Assembly (NCBI GenBank): GCA_028534125.1
Contig: CM052817.1
Coordinates: 18,416,001 to 18,480,000 of the forward strand
DNA from: Lama glama
Lineage: Eukaryota
Reading direction: 5' to 3'
DNA length: 64,000 nt
Below the pieces are notes generated by a model. The model ran no database searches, was not told where the DNA came from, and saw nothing but the letters and a program-made list of their open reading frames with translations. Every line of letters starts with the position of its first letter. The stretch's first letter is position 1. Of the stretch, positions 37,541 through 50,898 are shown piece after piece. The position numbers were made by a program, and so were the translations under genes.

Positions 37541-39349
37541 TTGTTTTTTTTTTTTTCCTTTTTGCTTTGCTTTGCTTCTGGATGACGTAACCTAGGCTAA
37601 CATTTGAACTGAATATACTGATAATCAAGCTGAGAAAGAGGAAATAAGATAATTCCATTTTTATTCTATGTATAAAATAAAACTTCGATGTTAAGAAATT
37701 TTAACTCTAAGGAAAATAGAAATTTTATCTGTCTGAGTCTCCTCTGTGTTAAAAGCTCTGTTTCAAAAAGTCTCTTTAAGTGTCTCTTCCCTCCTCCTTC
37801 CTCACACACAATTTCCTGGGAGAAGGAATACTTTAACCCATTCTGTGTAAATTAGTTCCAGATAAATTTAAAGCAAATCCTCCTGATGGTGGTATCAGTT
37901 TCCTAGGAGAAGATGAAAGCAAATTACTATAGTTAGGCTCCTTTATTATTATTATTTTTTTTTTTTGCAAAGAAAGTACTTCTGCCGTGTTTCATTATTG
38001 CAAATACTATGTTCCATCGCAGGAATTCAGCCAAAGTCCAGTGGCTGAAGAGTTAGTGTGCTGTGACTTGTGTAGGATGAAGACATGATAATTGTTAGGA
38101 TGAGTGAAGCAGTGATAAATAACCCTTTTACTTTTTCTTACACAAGACGGCAATCCTATACATCATCAAAATACAATCCAATTAAATGCGTGGATGTGGA
38201 TTTTCAAAGCTTGATTGCTTGCCTTACTGAAGGAGGATTGACGTTTCTTTCTTCTAGGTTGTAGTAATATCCAAGGAGGAAGGGCTGTTATAAAAATTCT
38301 AAGAACACAGAGCAATGGAATTGCATCTACAATGAAAATCTCCTATTGTTGAGATTACCTTTGGAAATCCCAACGGATTGGAGGCTGACATCTGTGTCAG
38401 GAGATTCCCTGCAGCCCATTTTCCCTCCCGTGTTGGAGCAGATGGGTCTTGCTTTGGTTGGGCATCAGGGGAAAATATTGGCTTGCACTGGGGGCAGGTT
38501 GTATAAAAAGCAGCTCCTCGTTACCCCTGCATTCACACGGTGCTGAGGTGAGAACTCACATTGGAGAAACACAGGGATCTGCGGAGGCGTGGCCGAGTCG
38601 CAGCCTTGTCACTCTCATCCCCAGGTGTAAGAACAGGGGGTGGGATTGTGATTGGGATCAATTACATTCCTTTGTGGTTATTTCCGTATCTCCCTGTCTC
38701 TCTGACTTTCTCTCTCTCTCTCTTTTTAACTGTAGAGCACACATTTAAAATTTAAAAAGTTAAATGTGCATATAACAGAACTCCCCTGGACATGCACTGA
38801 ACTCTGTCATTACTTCTAAATTCCTCTATTTTCAGACTTGGGGTTTTTTGGTGGTTCTGACTGACGTCCTCTTCCATCCCTGGAGCTCAGAGTCATGGAG
38901 ACTGATAGAGGATGACAAGAGTGTGTTGAATGGCGGGCGTGCAGTCTAGCTTCTCTGAGACATTGATCCTTACCTGTGTCTGCTCAACTCCACGGGGGAT
39001 CACAGAGCTTTTTTAGGCGGTCTGGGGCTGTCTCTTTTGTTCAAAAATGTTCAGCCTTTTCCTCTGTCATAGTGAATAATTTATTTATTACAGTCAACTA
39101 CAGTCAGGCACATACACAAGAAATTAATTTGTGTTTCATCAAAGCAGAGGCAAATCCTCTGTTCGTTCTGGTAATGAGTTTTTTTTAAAACAGTGCCAAC
39201 CCAGAGAAGTTCTGTCTTCTGGTTTGTAAACTGGACATTTGGTGCATCAAAGTTGAACCTGGCAACTCTAATGTTTTGAAGTAGCACGGAGCACTGAAAA
39301 GAGTAGAGGACTTGCCAATTGAATGTGACTTGTCTGCCAAGTTTTGGGT

Positions 39350-39575
39350 GACAAAAGCTGATGCTTACTATAAGCTAGATCCTGCTATAAGAGCTTTTCA
39401 TATTTTAGCTCATCCTTAATCTTCCCCCAAATCCTAGGATGTAGGGCTATTATCCTTATCTTCATTTTAAAGTAGTGGAAACAGAGGCAGAGAAGTTAAA
39501 CAACTTACCCCAGGCCACCCAACTGGGAGGTAGCAGAACTGGGATTTGAACCCAGGCAATCTGGCTCAGTTCCTA
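39350..39575 (-). mobile_element. MIR SINE (two further MIR fragments follow to about 39930)
   Basis: gaaacagaggcagagaagttaaacaacttaccccaggccac...ctgggatttgaacccaggca. Confidence 0.8.
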
Positions 39576-40696
39576 CGTGTGCAGCTGATGCCTCCCTGTT
39601 TCCCCTTCACTCTGTTTCATCTAATCCTCATGACAACTCTGCAGTGCAACCACTATTACCCATATTTCAAATATGAAATTACAAAATGAGCTCAAATCCA
39701 TCCACTTATAAGAGGAAGATTCAAGGTTTGGGTCCAGGCTTCTCCAAAAAGCAATAATTGTCAAAACACTCTTTCAAAGAGGGACCTGAGTTTAAGCTGT
39801 GGCCCTGCCTCATACCATCACCATGACCTCACGTCCTTCACTGATTCTTCTGGAGCCTTATCCATAAATGATGATACAGCTTGCCCCACCTCACAGGGGT
39901 GAGGATAGAAGCAGGTGAAATAACATAATAAGAGAAATCTTGTTTCTTTCCAGTGTCCTTGGCATTGAGTAAGGGAGCCTGTTTGGATCATTGCTCTCTT
40001 TCATTTCCCTGGAGACGACATAGCGAGCTGCAACCTGGCAGAGTCCTTTTCTAAGCATGGAAGTGACTTCCCAGGAGGGACTTGGGTGCTAAAGTCCTTG
40101 GATCTTCCCCATTAAATCTATATGGTAGAGAAGTTTCTAATTTTCCTGACTCTGCTTGGGAGCCCAGGCTCAGGTACTGCTTGGAAGATAAAAGGAAGCT
40201 ACTAAAAATAACCCCAGCTATTTTTGTAAAAATGAGGAAATATTTTGAGGAAGAGAATTGTCTCCTAAAACAAGCTGCTATGGCAGTTCCTCTTGATGAA
40301 GAAGGTTTATTCCCATGACACCTTTATAACTTTATAATCTGGGCTATTAGGAAACAGAAGGTCCAGGCATGCATTTATGACTTCATATAAGGGCCAATGT
40401 TATTTTAAAAACTCATTAAACTGTTGAAAAATATTCTTCAAAACCTAAAAGTATGGTTCTGGGAGCCTTGAGGTGGAGACAAGTGAGGACAAGAGTTGGA
40501 CTATGATTGTGAGGAAGGGGATTTATGAGTGATAGTCCGGTATCAGTGGAAGGAATGGTAACAGTGGTAGGCTGATTTGTAGAGTAGATGGGGAGGTAGG
40601 CTGGGTCCAGATAGTAGAGAAGGGCAATTAAATTGGAGCTTAACTTTATTTGTTCTCAATAGCTCCTGGGATCATGCTTAAACTAAATTCTTAGAT

Positions 40697-41051
40697 CCGT
40701 TACTTATTGCTGTGAAATTATGCTGTTGGTTGGCTGTGTGGTCTTCTGTTGATTTTGCCCATGCATTCATGAGACCCCATTGAACTAAAGAGTTGGCAGG
40801 AGATTGAGCTCATTTGAAACAGTGGAGATGGCTGGGCCTCTTTCTCTACTAGACTGAGTCACGGTGAGGGCAGCATTACAAGAGGACAACATACAAGCTC
40901 CTTTTCAAATCACTATTTCATGTTTGTTGATGTCTTATGAGCCAAAGGAGTTCATGTAACCAAGCTCAGAGTCAATGCAAGGAGACTCTACAAAGGTGTG
41001 GATACTGGGAGGTCGTATTCATTGGGGGAGATTAATTGAACAGTCTGTGAT
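40697..41051 (-). mobile_element. MaLR LTR, MLT1H-like
   Basis: gccaaaggagttcatgtaaccaagctcagagtcaatg...caaaggtgtggatactgggagg. Confidence 0.7.
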
Positions 41052-42567
41052 AGTCTACTCAAATATACTCACCCCTTTTAAGATTTTCAATCTCACCCAA
41101 TAATGACATCATGGGAGAAGCTTAATGAATTTATGATTTGATTCAGGTCTAGATGAGGAAGAGGTCCTTGGGGTGTGGTTCCTCTTGATCTGAAGACCTG
41201 CAAATTGAAGAGATGTCACCTGACTGCTACACACAATATACAATGGTGAGACGGAGGACAGAGGCTAGATAACCACAGAAGAAGCTCTCATTCAAAAAGG
41301 AGAGGTAGAACATGAGGGTGACTTGGCAGTGACATCTGTCACCCCATTGATCGCCAGGGCTGATCTGGCTGGCTAGGCTAGTGTTCTGTTCCTCTCTAAC
41401 CACTCTGTGTGCATCCCTCCCCAAACTGTGTGCTCGGTGGAGAAGAGAGGAGGATCATTCGTCCATCAAGGGTATACAAGTATACAAGTAGCTGAGCCCC
41501 CTGTTAGATGCTCCAAACAAGCTCTCAAGGTTCATTTATAGGGGAACATTGGGCGATCAAGCTTCTGAGACTCCAGACACATTCAAATGAGGCGCTGCCT
41601 ATGGCAATCTGCCTTTCTTTAGAAAAACAAAGCAAGATAAAATGAAGCAAAATATCAAAAGGAGAGGGGTAGGAGGGGCTCGTAGCCATCGTGGGTCCAT
41701 AACAACTCTGAATTCCAGCTGGGCACACAATGTCAGTGCTCCTTATGCCAAAGAAGGGAATGTTGCTGGACTGGGTCCCAGTTCTGCTCCGGGAGTGGCT
41801 TCCTAATCCATTGTTCTCTGTGGCTTCTGCCTCTACCCTCTGCTCTTTCTTTTTCTGAAAAAACGTGGCCTGTGTTTGCAGCTAAGCAATTTTCTCAACC
41901 TGCTTCCTGCTCCTGGAGCCCAGAGCCTGTTCCTTTTGCACTGTCTCTGCCCCTGTGGGTCCGAGCAGCTACAAAGCTTTCACATTCGGCCACTCAGTGG
42001 GAATTCTATGAATCTGACTGGGTTCACCTCATGCCCTCAAAGTCACATACATAATTCTTTTTGAGACAGACCTCTCTCTATTTCGGGCTGAGTGTCAGTG
42101 TGCTGTGGGACCTTGCCTTTAAGATTTCTAGAAACTCTTTATTTTAGTTGAGAAGGTCTAACTAGGCACTAGGCTAAATCCTTCTGAGGTCTTAACAAAA
42201 GGTCTTATAGATAAACTTCTGATTTGTGCTCAACCCTGAGGTCATTTCTCACTTTTTGAATCTTTTACTGACTAAAGACACTGAAAGTGTGAAATAGTTT
42301 TGTTTTTCAACCCTTTACATCCTGGTTCTTCTATATGCCCTTGAAATTCTACTTACAAACGGAACAGTTCTTTCTGTGATTACTCTCTCTCTTCTTTTCA
42401 CAAAACAGCTAGTTGGCACTTTCAATATTCTGTCTGGAAATCTCCTTAGTAAGATATCCAAGTCTGCTTTCTGTCTTCTAAAGCAGTAGAGGCAATAGTT
42501 TTGCCAGCTGACTTAACTACAGACCATGAGTCCCTATCTTCCCAGCCTCCAAAGACAGTTTTCACAC
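41052..42567 (-). mobile_element. MaLR internal region (MLT1-int-like)
   Basis: Contiguous with the LTR; motifs tcaggtctagatgagg, acacaatatacaatggtg and ctttcaatattctgtctggaaatctcc recalled from antisense MLT1-int. Confidence 0.65.
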
Positions 42568-43025
42568 TGGGGTAAATAGAATAATGATTCCTTTAACTGA
42601 TCCCTGTCCTAACCCTTAAAACTATGAATATTACCTTACACAACAAAAGGGACTTTGCAGATGTGAATAAGGATCTTGAGATAGGAAAATTACACTGGAT
42701 TATCTGGGTGGGCCAGATGTAATCACAAGCATGGGTGGTGGGATAGGCAGAGGGAGGGAAAGAGAGAGAGGAGGGGGTGAAAAAGATAGATACTGATTTA
42801 AAGATAATACCCTGATGGACTTGAAAATGGTTGAAAGGGCCACAAGCCAAAGAATGCAGGCAGCTTCTAGAAGCTCCCTGAGAGCTCCCAGAAGGAATGC
42901 ATCTCTGCCCACACCTTGTTTCAAGTTCTGCAAGACCCATTTTGGACTTCTGACATTCAGAACTGTGAGATTATACATTTGTGTTGTTTTGAGTCACTAA
43001 ATATGTGGTAATTTGTTACAATAGG
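42568..43025 (+). mobile_element. MaLR LTR, MLT1D-like
   Basis: aaaagggactttgcagatgtgaataaggatcttgagat...ggattatctgggtgggcc...tgtggtaatttgttaca. Confidence 0.88.
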
Positions 43026-44103
43026 TGATTGGATCCATCCCATGAACGAGTTGAAGTAGACAGAAGTCTAAGTTCAGAGACTCCCAAGAGCATCGGGACT
43101 CAGAGAAACAAAGGTGGCACTGACTTTTCTTTCTTTCTTTTTCTCTCTCCTTTTTTTTTTTTCTGAGTCCAAGCAGCCACTGGAAGCTTTTGAGTTTTTA
43201 CCAGAGCGTGCAGTTGGCAAAGAAAGTGGCTTAGGATCCTACTAAAGCTTCTGTGAGCTATAGGTCTTCAGTGGGATATTTAAAGAATTTTCTACATATC
43301 TTGGTCCCTATTCAATCCTTTTCCACTAAAAAAAAATTTAAAGATTCAGAAAGGATTTTGGTTTGGTAATGCAGCTTGGCAGAAAAAGAATTAAGATCCA
43401 TGTAAGTTAGCAGAGCAAAAATTTGTGTTATCTTAACCATGAAATTTTAATAAATCAGCGAACAAATGAAACTGGTGTGATAGAGTCATAACCTGCAAAT
43501 CTTTTGTCTGTCAGTTTCACACTTGGGTTTTTATTAATGATGGCTATTAATGCATTCATGTGTGAAAGACACTAATTCATAGCAGAGAAATAACAGCTCT
43601 CACTTTGGATCCAACTCTGGGGTCTATAGTATATGAGCCAATCAACACACTTGAATGCTAAATGTTTACTGGGGATGGGGCATCAGGGACCCGCCTGCCA
43701 GGAGACTTTGCTCACTGATCAGCACAACCCAGGAAAGAGCCACAGCCATTCTGAAAACTTTAATGGTTTGACCAATGGATATGTGAGCAATTTATAATAA
43801 GCTGCCTGAGAATTCCTAATTTAATTTCTTATTCTAACTACTGTGAGAGTTCAGGGTGTCAATGTGGCTTGGGAATATTAAAGTGAAAATGAGAATGATA
43901 AGTAGAATTTCAGACTTTTCTGAGGATAGAAGAAAATGCCTTTCATTCAGGAGTCTAAGATTAGTCTTTTATGAATTAATAAAGAAATACTTCTTGAGTG
44001 TTCCAAAGAGTATGCCTCATGATCAGTCAAAGGCTCACCTCTGTACCGGTGATGCTCGGTTAGAGGAGGCAAATTACTGGGCTGTGAGCAGGGGCAGGAA
44101 GCT

Positions 44104-44300
44104 TGAGGTGCTGGTAAATGTCTAACAACTGTCTCTCAGGGAAAAAAAAAAAACCTGATTAGAAGCATTTGCCAATTTCCATGGTGACTCCCTGTCACCA
44201 ATTTCAAGCTACCTAACCAACTATGATTGAATGTGGATTTGGGAAGGGATGTGTCCCGTTGGCTGTCAGCGGTTAGTACAACCTGGCATCAGCAGTTATA
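44104..44300. mobile_element. hAT DNA transposon, MER63A-like
   Basis: gtgctggtaaatgtctaacaac...atttgccaatttccatggtg...atttcaagctacc. Confidence 0.75.
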
Positions 44301-45329
44301 TCCCTGCAAAGAGATTTCAGGGACAGAAGCCACACAGAAGTCATTTCTGTTTGGACTTTAAAACAATGTAGACACAGAGGAGTTGAGCCATTTAAGGATT
44401 TCTCTTCCTTTCTTTTGATTTTTGATTTTGGGGATTTTTTTCCCAAATGAAAAATAAATGAAATCTTCACTGCTAACATGAAGGACAATGCTGTTTATAT
44501 CCTCTTAGATATGTCTTACATTAAAGACGGTTGAGATCAAGTCCTGAGCTGTCTCAAACATGGAGCGGCTTAATGAAGCAACCGTACCAAATGACACATC
44601 CATCCAGGTGATCGGAATGCTCGCTGGATTTTTTTAAATTGAACTCTGATTCCAGTTTTAATTTTTCAGAGGCATGTTGTATGAGATTAAAGGACTTTTT
44701 TCAGTGATTCATTTGAGTCTATTATGAGTAAGTTGACATCTCTGGAGAGCCTTTGAATATTTTATGATGTGTACTGAGGCACTGCTAATTGGAGACAGTT
44801 AATACTCACCTACGCCAACTCACTCTTCCCCCAGTGCAGCCTCTCAACCCCATCAGTCTTAGAGCTGCTGCGTTGAAAAATTATTCTAAAACTGCTCAAA
44901 ACAGAGGGGGCATAAGAGAATGATATGATGTGCCCTCATTGTTCTGAATTCCTTCAAGTAGATGCTGGAAGTGTCAGTTTTGACCCAGATTCTCTGTAGT
45001 TTGGGGTGGAGTTTACCTTATCAGGTGTCTCCCCCCACCCTAGGCTGTGCTCAGTCAGGCTGAATTAGCTGATCTGCCTGAGAATCTTGTGTTCTGTGTG
45101 TTCCCCACAAAGCAACTGTTCACTCATCATGTGAGGATGCTGGAGCCATCAGAGTCTCGGAGGAGGCCTAAAATGACCCATCTCTTGTAGGTTCTTTGAT
45201 ATGTGGTGCTTGCTTTCCTTTACTGCAGGCAACAGCCCAGACCTACATCATCTATCGTAGTCCAGGCACTGAGACTAGGGTCAGGGTGGGAAGGGTGATA
45301 AAGTCAGCCCACTAGGATGTCTAAAACAA

Positions 45330-45960
45330 TGTGCAGAAATGTGTGTTCAAGGATGCTTTTCCTGGTTGCTTATAATAGTCAAAAATTAGAAAACAATGCA
45401 AATGTCCCCAAACAGGAAACTAGAAAAATTAAGTTATGGTTCAGCAATATCAACTGAAATAAATGCGCAGCCTAAAAGTTGAGTGTTATGTTTTACTTGG
45501 CGGAAGGACTTGAGCCAGGATGACAGCCTCTCAGATGACTCTGAGGGACTGCTCCGAAGAGGTAGGAGAGAAGCCAGGATATATAGGAGCTTTACAACAA
45601 AGACCAGGAAGTTGGAACAATAAAAGGTTACTTGTTAACTAAAGAAAACCAGGCATCTCCAGTTAAAGAATTTAGCACTTTTCTATGTATGGGAGAAAGC
45701 AAACATTTGGGCTCATTGAATTCATTCCTTTGACAAGCCCCTAGCTATCTAGGGCCGGTATCCTGTCCTTTCTTATTCTGAGTCCCCTCAGGGTGCACCA
45801 CTGTGAGTGGCTGCAGAGGCCGGGCTGCAGGTTTGTCTTCACTGGGGGGTGGCGGCAGCCGCTGATGACTTCATGGTTTCAGCATTCTTTGTTTACTGAT
45901 ATGGTTTGCAGAATTTTTCGTTCACAGCAATATAATGAGATTCTATGCAATCACTAGAAG
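45330..45960 (+). mobile_element. Ancient L1 fragment split by an ERV1 LTR
   Basis: caaggatgct...ttataatagtcaaaaattagaaaacaatgcaaatgtcc; resumes after the LTR as tataatgagattctatgcaatc. Confidence 0.6.
45448..45926 (-). mobile_element. Lineage-specific ERV1 solo LTR (MER41-related type)
   Basis: ta(tg)tcaact...cgttcaca termini; 4-bp TSD GCAA at 45444-45447 and 45927-45930; several CpGs retained. Confidence 0.85.
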
Positions 45961-45973
45961 TATTAACATAAAT

Positions 45974-46490
45974 GTATATTTACGTATAAGGGTTCTCCAG
46001 AGGATATGTATGTATGTACGCATGTATGTATGTATGTATGTCTGTGTGTATGTATATACATATAATTGAGAGAGAAAGAGACAGAGAGAAGGGAGAGGCA
46101 GAGGCAGAGACAGTGAGATGAGAGGGAGAGAGAAGATTTATTATGAGGAATTGGCTTACATGATGCTGAAGGCTCTGATCTGTTGTCTGCAAGCTCCAAA
46201 CTCAGGAAAGCCGGTGGTGTGATTCAGTCCAAGTTTGAAGGCCTGAGAACCAGGGGAGCTGATGATACAGGAGAAGATGTTCCAGCTCAGTCAGGCACAG
46301 AGAAAGAATTTGGGGATTGGATGAGGCCCACCCACGCTGGGGGGGGGGCTGCCTGCTTAACTCCGTCCACTGATTCAAATGTTAATCTCAGCTGGAAATG
46401 CCCTCCCAGACACAGCCAGAAATAACATTTAGCCAAGTATCTGGGAGCCTGTGGCTTGGTCAAAAGGGCGTATACAATTAACCATTGTCA
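45974..46490 (-). mobile_element. ERVL LTR, MLT2B-like, with internal (TATG)n/(GA)n microsatellite
   Basis: agggttctccagag...gatttattatgaggaattggct...gattcaaatgttaatctc...aattaaccat. Confidence 0.88.
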
Positions 46491-46561
46491 CTTTTTAGCC
46501 CCACATTAATGAACGATCCATAATTAAGAAAACATTTGTAATATATCTCATTGATGTAAAA

Positions 46562-46612
46562 GATATATATATATATCTTTTATATATATATATATATACA
46601 TATGCGCATATA
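46562..46612. repeat. Interrupted (TA)n microsatellite
   Basis: gatatatatatatatcttttatatatatatatatataca. Confidence 0.9.
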
Positions 46613-46779
46613 AATGAGTAGAAGGATTAAAGCATTTGGGGATTATGAATATTCTTTTTTCTGTTTCGTTTACCTACATTTGTACATCGGACAGACACCA
46701 TGTAATAATGAAATAATGGCAAAAGCTGAAAAATAAGAAAAGAAGGTGGTTAGAAATGCTCCGTTTAAGAGAGATCTTT

Positions 46780-47310
46780 ACGAGGCTCTGGCGGTGCGCC
46801 TGCCTCCTTAGACTTAGTCCGCCTGGTCCCCTGTTCCTGCCCTTCCGCCCTGTTCCCCCACCCCCTGAATCCTGAATCCTCCCTTCAGGCAGATGCAACA
46901 CAAACCCCACAAAGACAATTGAATGGTTTTGCTATTTACGCCTAAGGATTCTCCTCAGGACCATAGTGTGAAGACCCGGATACCAGAGTTTTCTCATGAA
47001 AGTTAGGGAAGCTGGAACTATTTTGAAAATGCCAGCAAGGAAGAAGTCCCTGCTGGAATCTCCCGGCTGGTGTGCCGGTGATGACCCATCCTGGTCAGCA
47101 CCCTCGCTGACTCCGACACCCAGCTGTGCTCTCAGTTTCCCTCGGCGTCTCCTCTGTCCCTCCCGCTGACGTGCTCCTGCCACAAGAGACCGCAGAGCCC
47201 GGAGAAATGCTCGGGTCGCTCCTCAGGGTGCAGCCGCCCGGTGGCTCAATCCTACTTGACGTCTGTGGCAGCACCTCCCCCGCCTCCTCTAAGTCTCAGT
47301 CCCGGAGCTG
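46780..47310. promoter_or_regulatory. CpG/GC-enriched unique segment, candidate regulatory element
   Basis: CpG density visibly above background; GC boxes (ccgccc) and CRE half-sites (tgacgt). Confidence 0.35.
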
Positions 47311-47618
47311 TGTTTTTAGCTTTCCTAAATGGAAGCATGTCTCAAGAGGAGGATTAGCCAATTGGCCAAAGAACAAAGAATCAATTTAGTTTAAAATAGT
47401 TCCTTTAATGGAGGTGCTTTGCAAATACGATAACTTTCCAAGGCACTGCGTGCTTTTGTCTGAAATCCTTGGGGAGCCAGGAGGGGGCTTGCTTTTCACC
47501 TAGGCAGGGAGAGGTTGCAGTGGACCGCCTGCTTTCTGTTGGATGTAAAACTGGGCGAGAAAAGGGTAAAACTTTTAAACAACCTGAAATGTGATGACAA
47601 CTGCTTAGGGTGTTTCTT

Positions 47619-48349
47619 TCCTTTTTTAAAATTTTTTAAATATTGAAGTATAGTTTATTTACAATGTTGTGTTAGTTTCCGGTATACAGTAAAGTGATTC
47701 AATTATAAAACCTATATATATTCTTTTTCAGATTCTTTTCCATTATAGGTTATTACAAGATATCGAATATAGTTCCCTGTGCTACAAGTAGGTCCTTGTT
47801 GTTTGTCTATTTTATATATAGTAGTGTGTATCTGTTAATCTCAAACTCCTAATTTATACCCGCTCCTTTTCCCTTTGGGAGCCATAAGTTTCATTTATCC
47901 TATGTCTGTGAATCTGTTTCTGGTTTGTAAATAAGTTCATTTGTTATATATATATATATATATATATATATTTTAGATTCCACATGTAAGTGGTATCATA
48001 TGATATTTGTCTTTCTCTGCCTGACTTACTTCACTTAATGTGATAATCTCTAGGTCCATCTATGTTGCTTCAAATGGCATTATTTCATTCTTTTTATGAC
48101 TGAATAATATTCCACTGAAATTATATACCACACCTTCTTTATCCAGTCATCTTTTGATGGACATTTAGGTCGATTCCATCCCCTGGTTATTGTAAATAGT
48201 GCTGCTATGAACATTAGGGTGCATGTATCTTTTCAAATTAGAGTATTCCCCAAATATATGCCCAGGAATGGGGTTGCTGGATCATATGGTAACTCTATTT
48301 TTAATTTTTAAGGAACCACCATACTGTTCTCCATAGTGGCTGTACCAGT
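47619..48349 (-). mobile_element. 5'-truncated L1 (3' UTR plus end of ORF2) with perfect TSD
   Basis: 14-bp TSD ttagggtgtttctt at 47605-47618 and 48350-48363; antisense L1 3' motifs; internal (TA)n at about 47945-47971. Confidence 0.95.
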
Positions 48350-49879
48350 TTAGGGTGTTTCTTGGGTGTTTTATCTTCAATAAAAAGAAGAAGGAGAATT
48401 ATCAAAACCCATAAAGAAAGGATAGTTAAATAATCTATAGCCTTGTCTATAGATCAACTAATTGATTACAAGAATGATCTGACAAGGTCTTCTGGCACTG
48501 AAATATATCCCCAGTGACACAGAGGTTCACAACTAATGTTTTAAAGTAAAAAATCTCTTATCAGACAATAAGCCAAATCATTAGGAGATGTATCTCATAA
48601 CTGCATTTGGGCAACACTGCCTAATAACTGAAATCAGAAATACTGCCAAACTTTGAGACACATGAAGATAGCACTGGTTAATTCTTTAATGGCACCGCAA
48701 GAAATTACCTTCTAGGCCCCCAAGATTAAATGATACATGTGATTCCAGCATTTTTGTTTACTTTGTTCTCCAAGAGTTTAAAATGTAAAGCAACCACACA
48801 TGTTGATAAAGATGAAAAATTACATATAACACATTTTCTAAGCAGCTACTAAATGTCAAACACCAAGTATAAGTTGTTTCTTTTCCATTGGTAATTGTGA
48901 AATGTAGACCTGAGTAGCATTCTGCCTTCTCAGATCCAAAAACCAAGGCCAATGAGTTTCATCTTTCCCAAAACCTTCCAGCCAGGAAGTGGTTGAGCCC
49001 AGTTTTGATTTTTCTAGCTGTAAAAGTGCCTGGATTCTGATGAACCCTGTGACCTTTCAGTTATGTAAACAGCATCCATGCATAAAAAGAGAGTTGTATT
49101 TTAGAAAACTCAGAGGTGAGAATGAAATTACCTAAAAAAGATTTGTTCAGCATGCGAGTGTGAGGTGAATCAAATATGGAGGCTGGAGAAAGGAAGTGTT
49201 AGGGTAACGGAGTATATCTTGGATCGTTCCAAATGCTAAGTCATCCTACAACCCACGGAGAAAGGAGGAAGACAAGATTAGATGATGGACAGAAATGTTA
49301 GGATGAGAAACAAGACAAGGGAGTTAGTCATGAGTTCCTGGGAGGCTAAGTCCTGCCAGAGCCCAGCACAGAGCCTTCCTTACATAACCTTGGTGTTCTA
49401 CAAGTATTTTCCAAGTAAAGGAGCAGAGTACTTCATGACATGGATATTGAGGACTTAGACTGAAGCTAAAATTACTGGGACGTGGAGTCCAGATCTTCCT
49501 GTCCCTGGTAGTTCTCATACCACCTGGGACCTGGCTTTATTTCAACTAGGAAACAATCCAACCTGGGAAATTTTAGCACAGGACTTCTGCAGCGGAGTTT
49601 CATGGATGGGCTTTTCTGGGGAAGGAGGGTCTACACAGGGGTGTCTATTGTTGTGTTTACGCACAATACAATTTTTAGAGTGTATGTACCTTTTAACAAA
49701 GAAAGAGAACCCATAGCCTGTATAAGATTCTGAAGGAGAGCTCTGAATTATTTTTAAAAAGTAATGATAATAATAACATAAAACAATGGGAAACCAAAGA
49801 AGATTCAGAGACGGGCCTTTCCGTTCTATTCACTTTCTTCTCTCCAGCTTCAAAAATACCAAAGTTATTCTTGACTGCA

Positions 49880-50135
49880 GTCCTTTTTTTCATGCTGGAC
49901 TCTAAAATGCTGTCACCTCCACATTTTGTCCACTAACTTCTTCTCATCGTTTGGAGCCCAGAATTTTCATCAAGTCTTTCCTGAGTACTTTAGTTTCCAC
50001 TGATTTAATTTCTTCCTGCTCTGAATTTCTATAGAACTCATGGTGTATCCTGCACAATTTCCCTGTCCATGTTTCATAAAGTGGACTTTTTCTTGCTAAT
50101 GGATTAAGCAGTCCTTGTGCACAGGGACCACACTG
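49880..50135 (+). mobile_element. L2 fragment
   Basis: ctaacttcttctcatcgttt...ggattaagcagtccttgtgcacagggacca. Confidence 0.5.
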
Positions 50136-50139
50136 TAGA

Positions 50140-50290
50140 TTAGTGGCTCAAAGCACACACGGGGCTGAGTTTTTTTTTTCTTACCACGTGCCCTTGGACA
50201 AGTTATTAAACCTTCCCTATATTTTCAGACTGAAACATTACTCTCATGTTGTGATGTGTAAAGGGTCTGAGATAAGAATTTCCAAGAACA
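50140..50290 (+). mobile_element. MIR fragment
   Basis: cttaccacgtgcccttggacaagttattaaacct. Confidence 0.6.
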
Positions 50291-50847
50291 AAGCCACCAA
50301 ATGTTTTCATCGGGGTTAAGAGAAGACACAGCCGAGACCCAGAAAGAAGCTGACCTGGGAGAGGGGGAAAGGTTTGGATGTGGTGATCCCATGGGCCCCC
50401 TCAACCTGTGCTGTTTCCCTGCCTTTGTTGACTCAGTGACTTCAATGCCTCCACTGACCTCCATGCCCTGCTTTTCCAAAAAAGCTAGCTAGAGCCAGGT
50501 ACCTTTCTGGGCCTCAGGAGTAGCCACTGACTAATACAGAGGGAAGACAAAGCCAGCTATTGAGCAAGAGAAAGAATGAGGCAGGGGCACCAGTGAATTG
50601 TTCTCTCTTCATGTTTTGTTTCCAATCAAAAGAGCAAAGGCAGAGATCTTAAGACACTTCAGAGAGAAGGCAGGCAGCATCCCTGCCACTGCCCAGGCAG
50701 AGCAGAGGAGGGGCCGACACTCCTCTCCAGGGAGTCTGAGCTACACGTTTTCCCTGGACTTCCTCCAGACACTCGGGAGAGCCCTTCAATGTGGTTCAGG
50801 GTTCAGGTGAAATTCCGCTCCAATAGACTCTAATTCTTTCACAGGGT

Positions 50848-50898
50848 GGCAGCAGCAGCAGCAATGTGTGTGTGTCTGTGTTGCGCGTGTGTGTGTGA
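50848..50898. repeat. Compound (CAG)n plus imperfect (TG)n repeat
   Basis: ggcagcagcagcagcaatgtgtgtgtgtctgtgttgcgcgtgtgtgtgtg. Confidence 0.85.

Noticed and set aside
47475..47495. Possible CTCF site gccaggagggggcttg
   Set aside because: Mismatches at informative positions; not supportable without ChIP data
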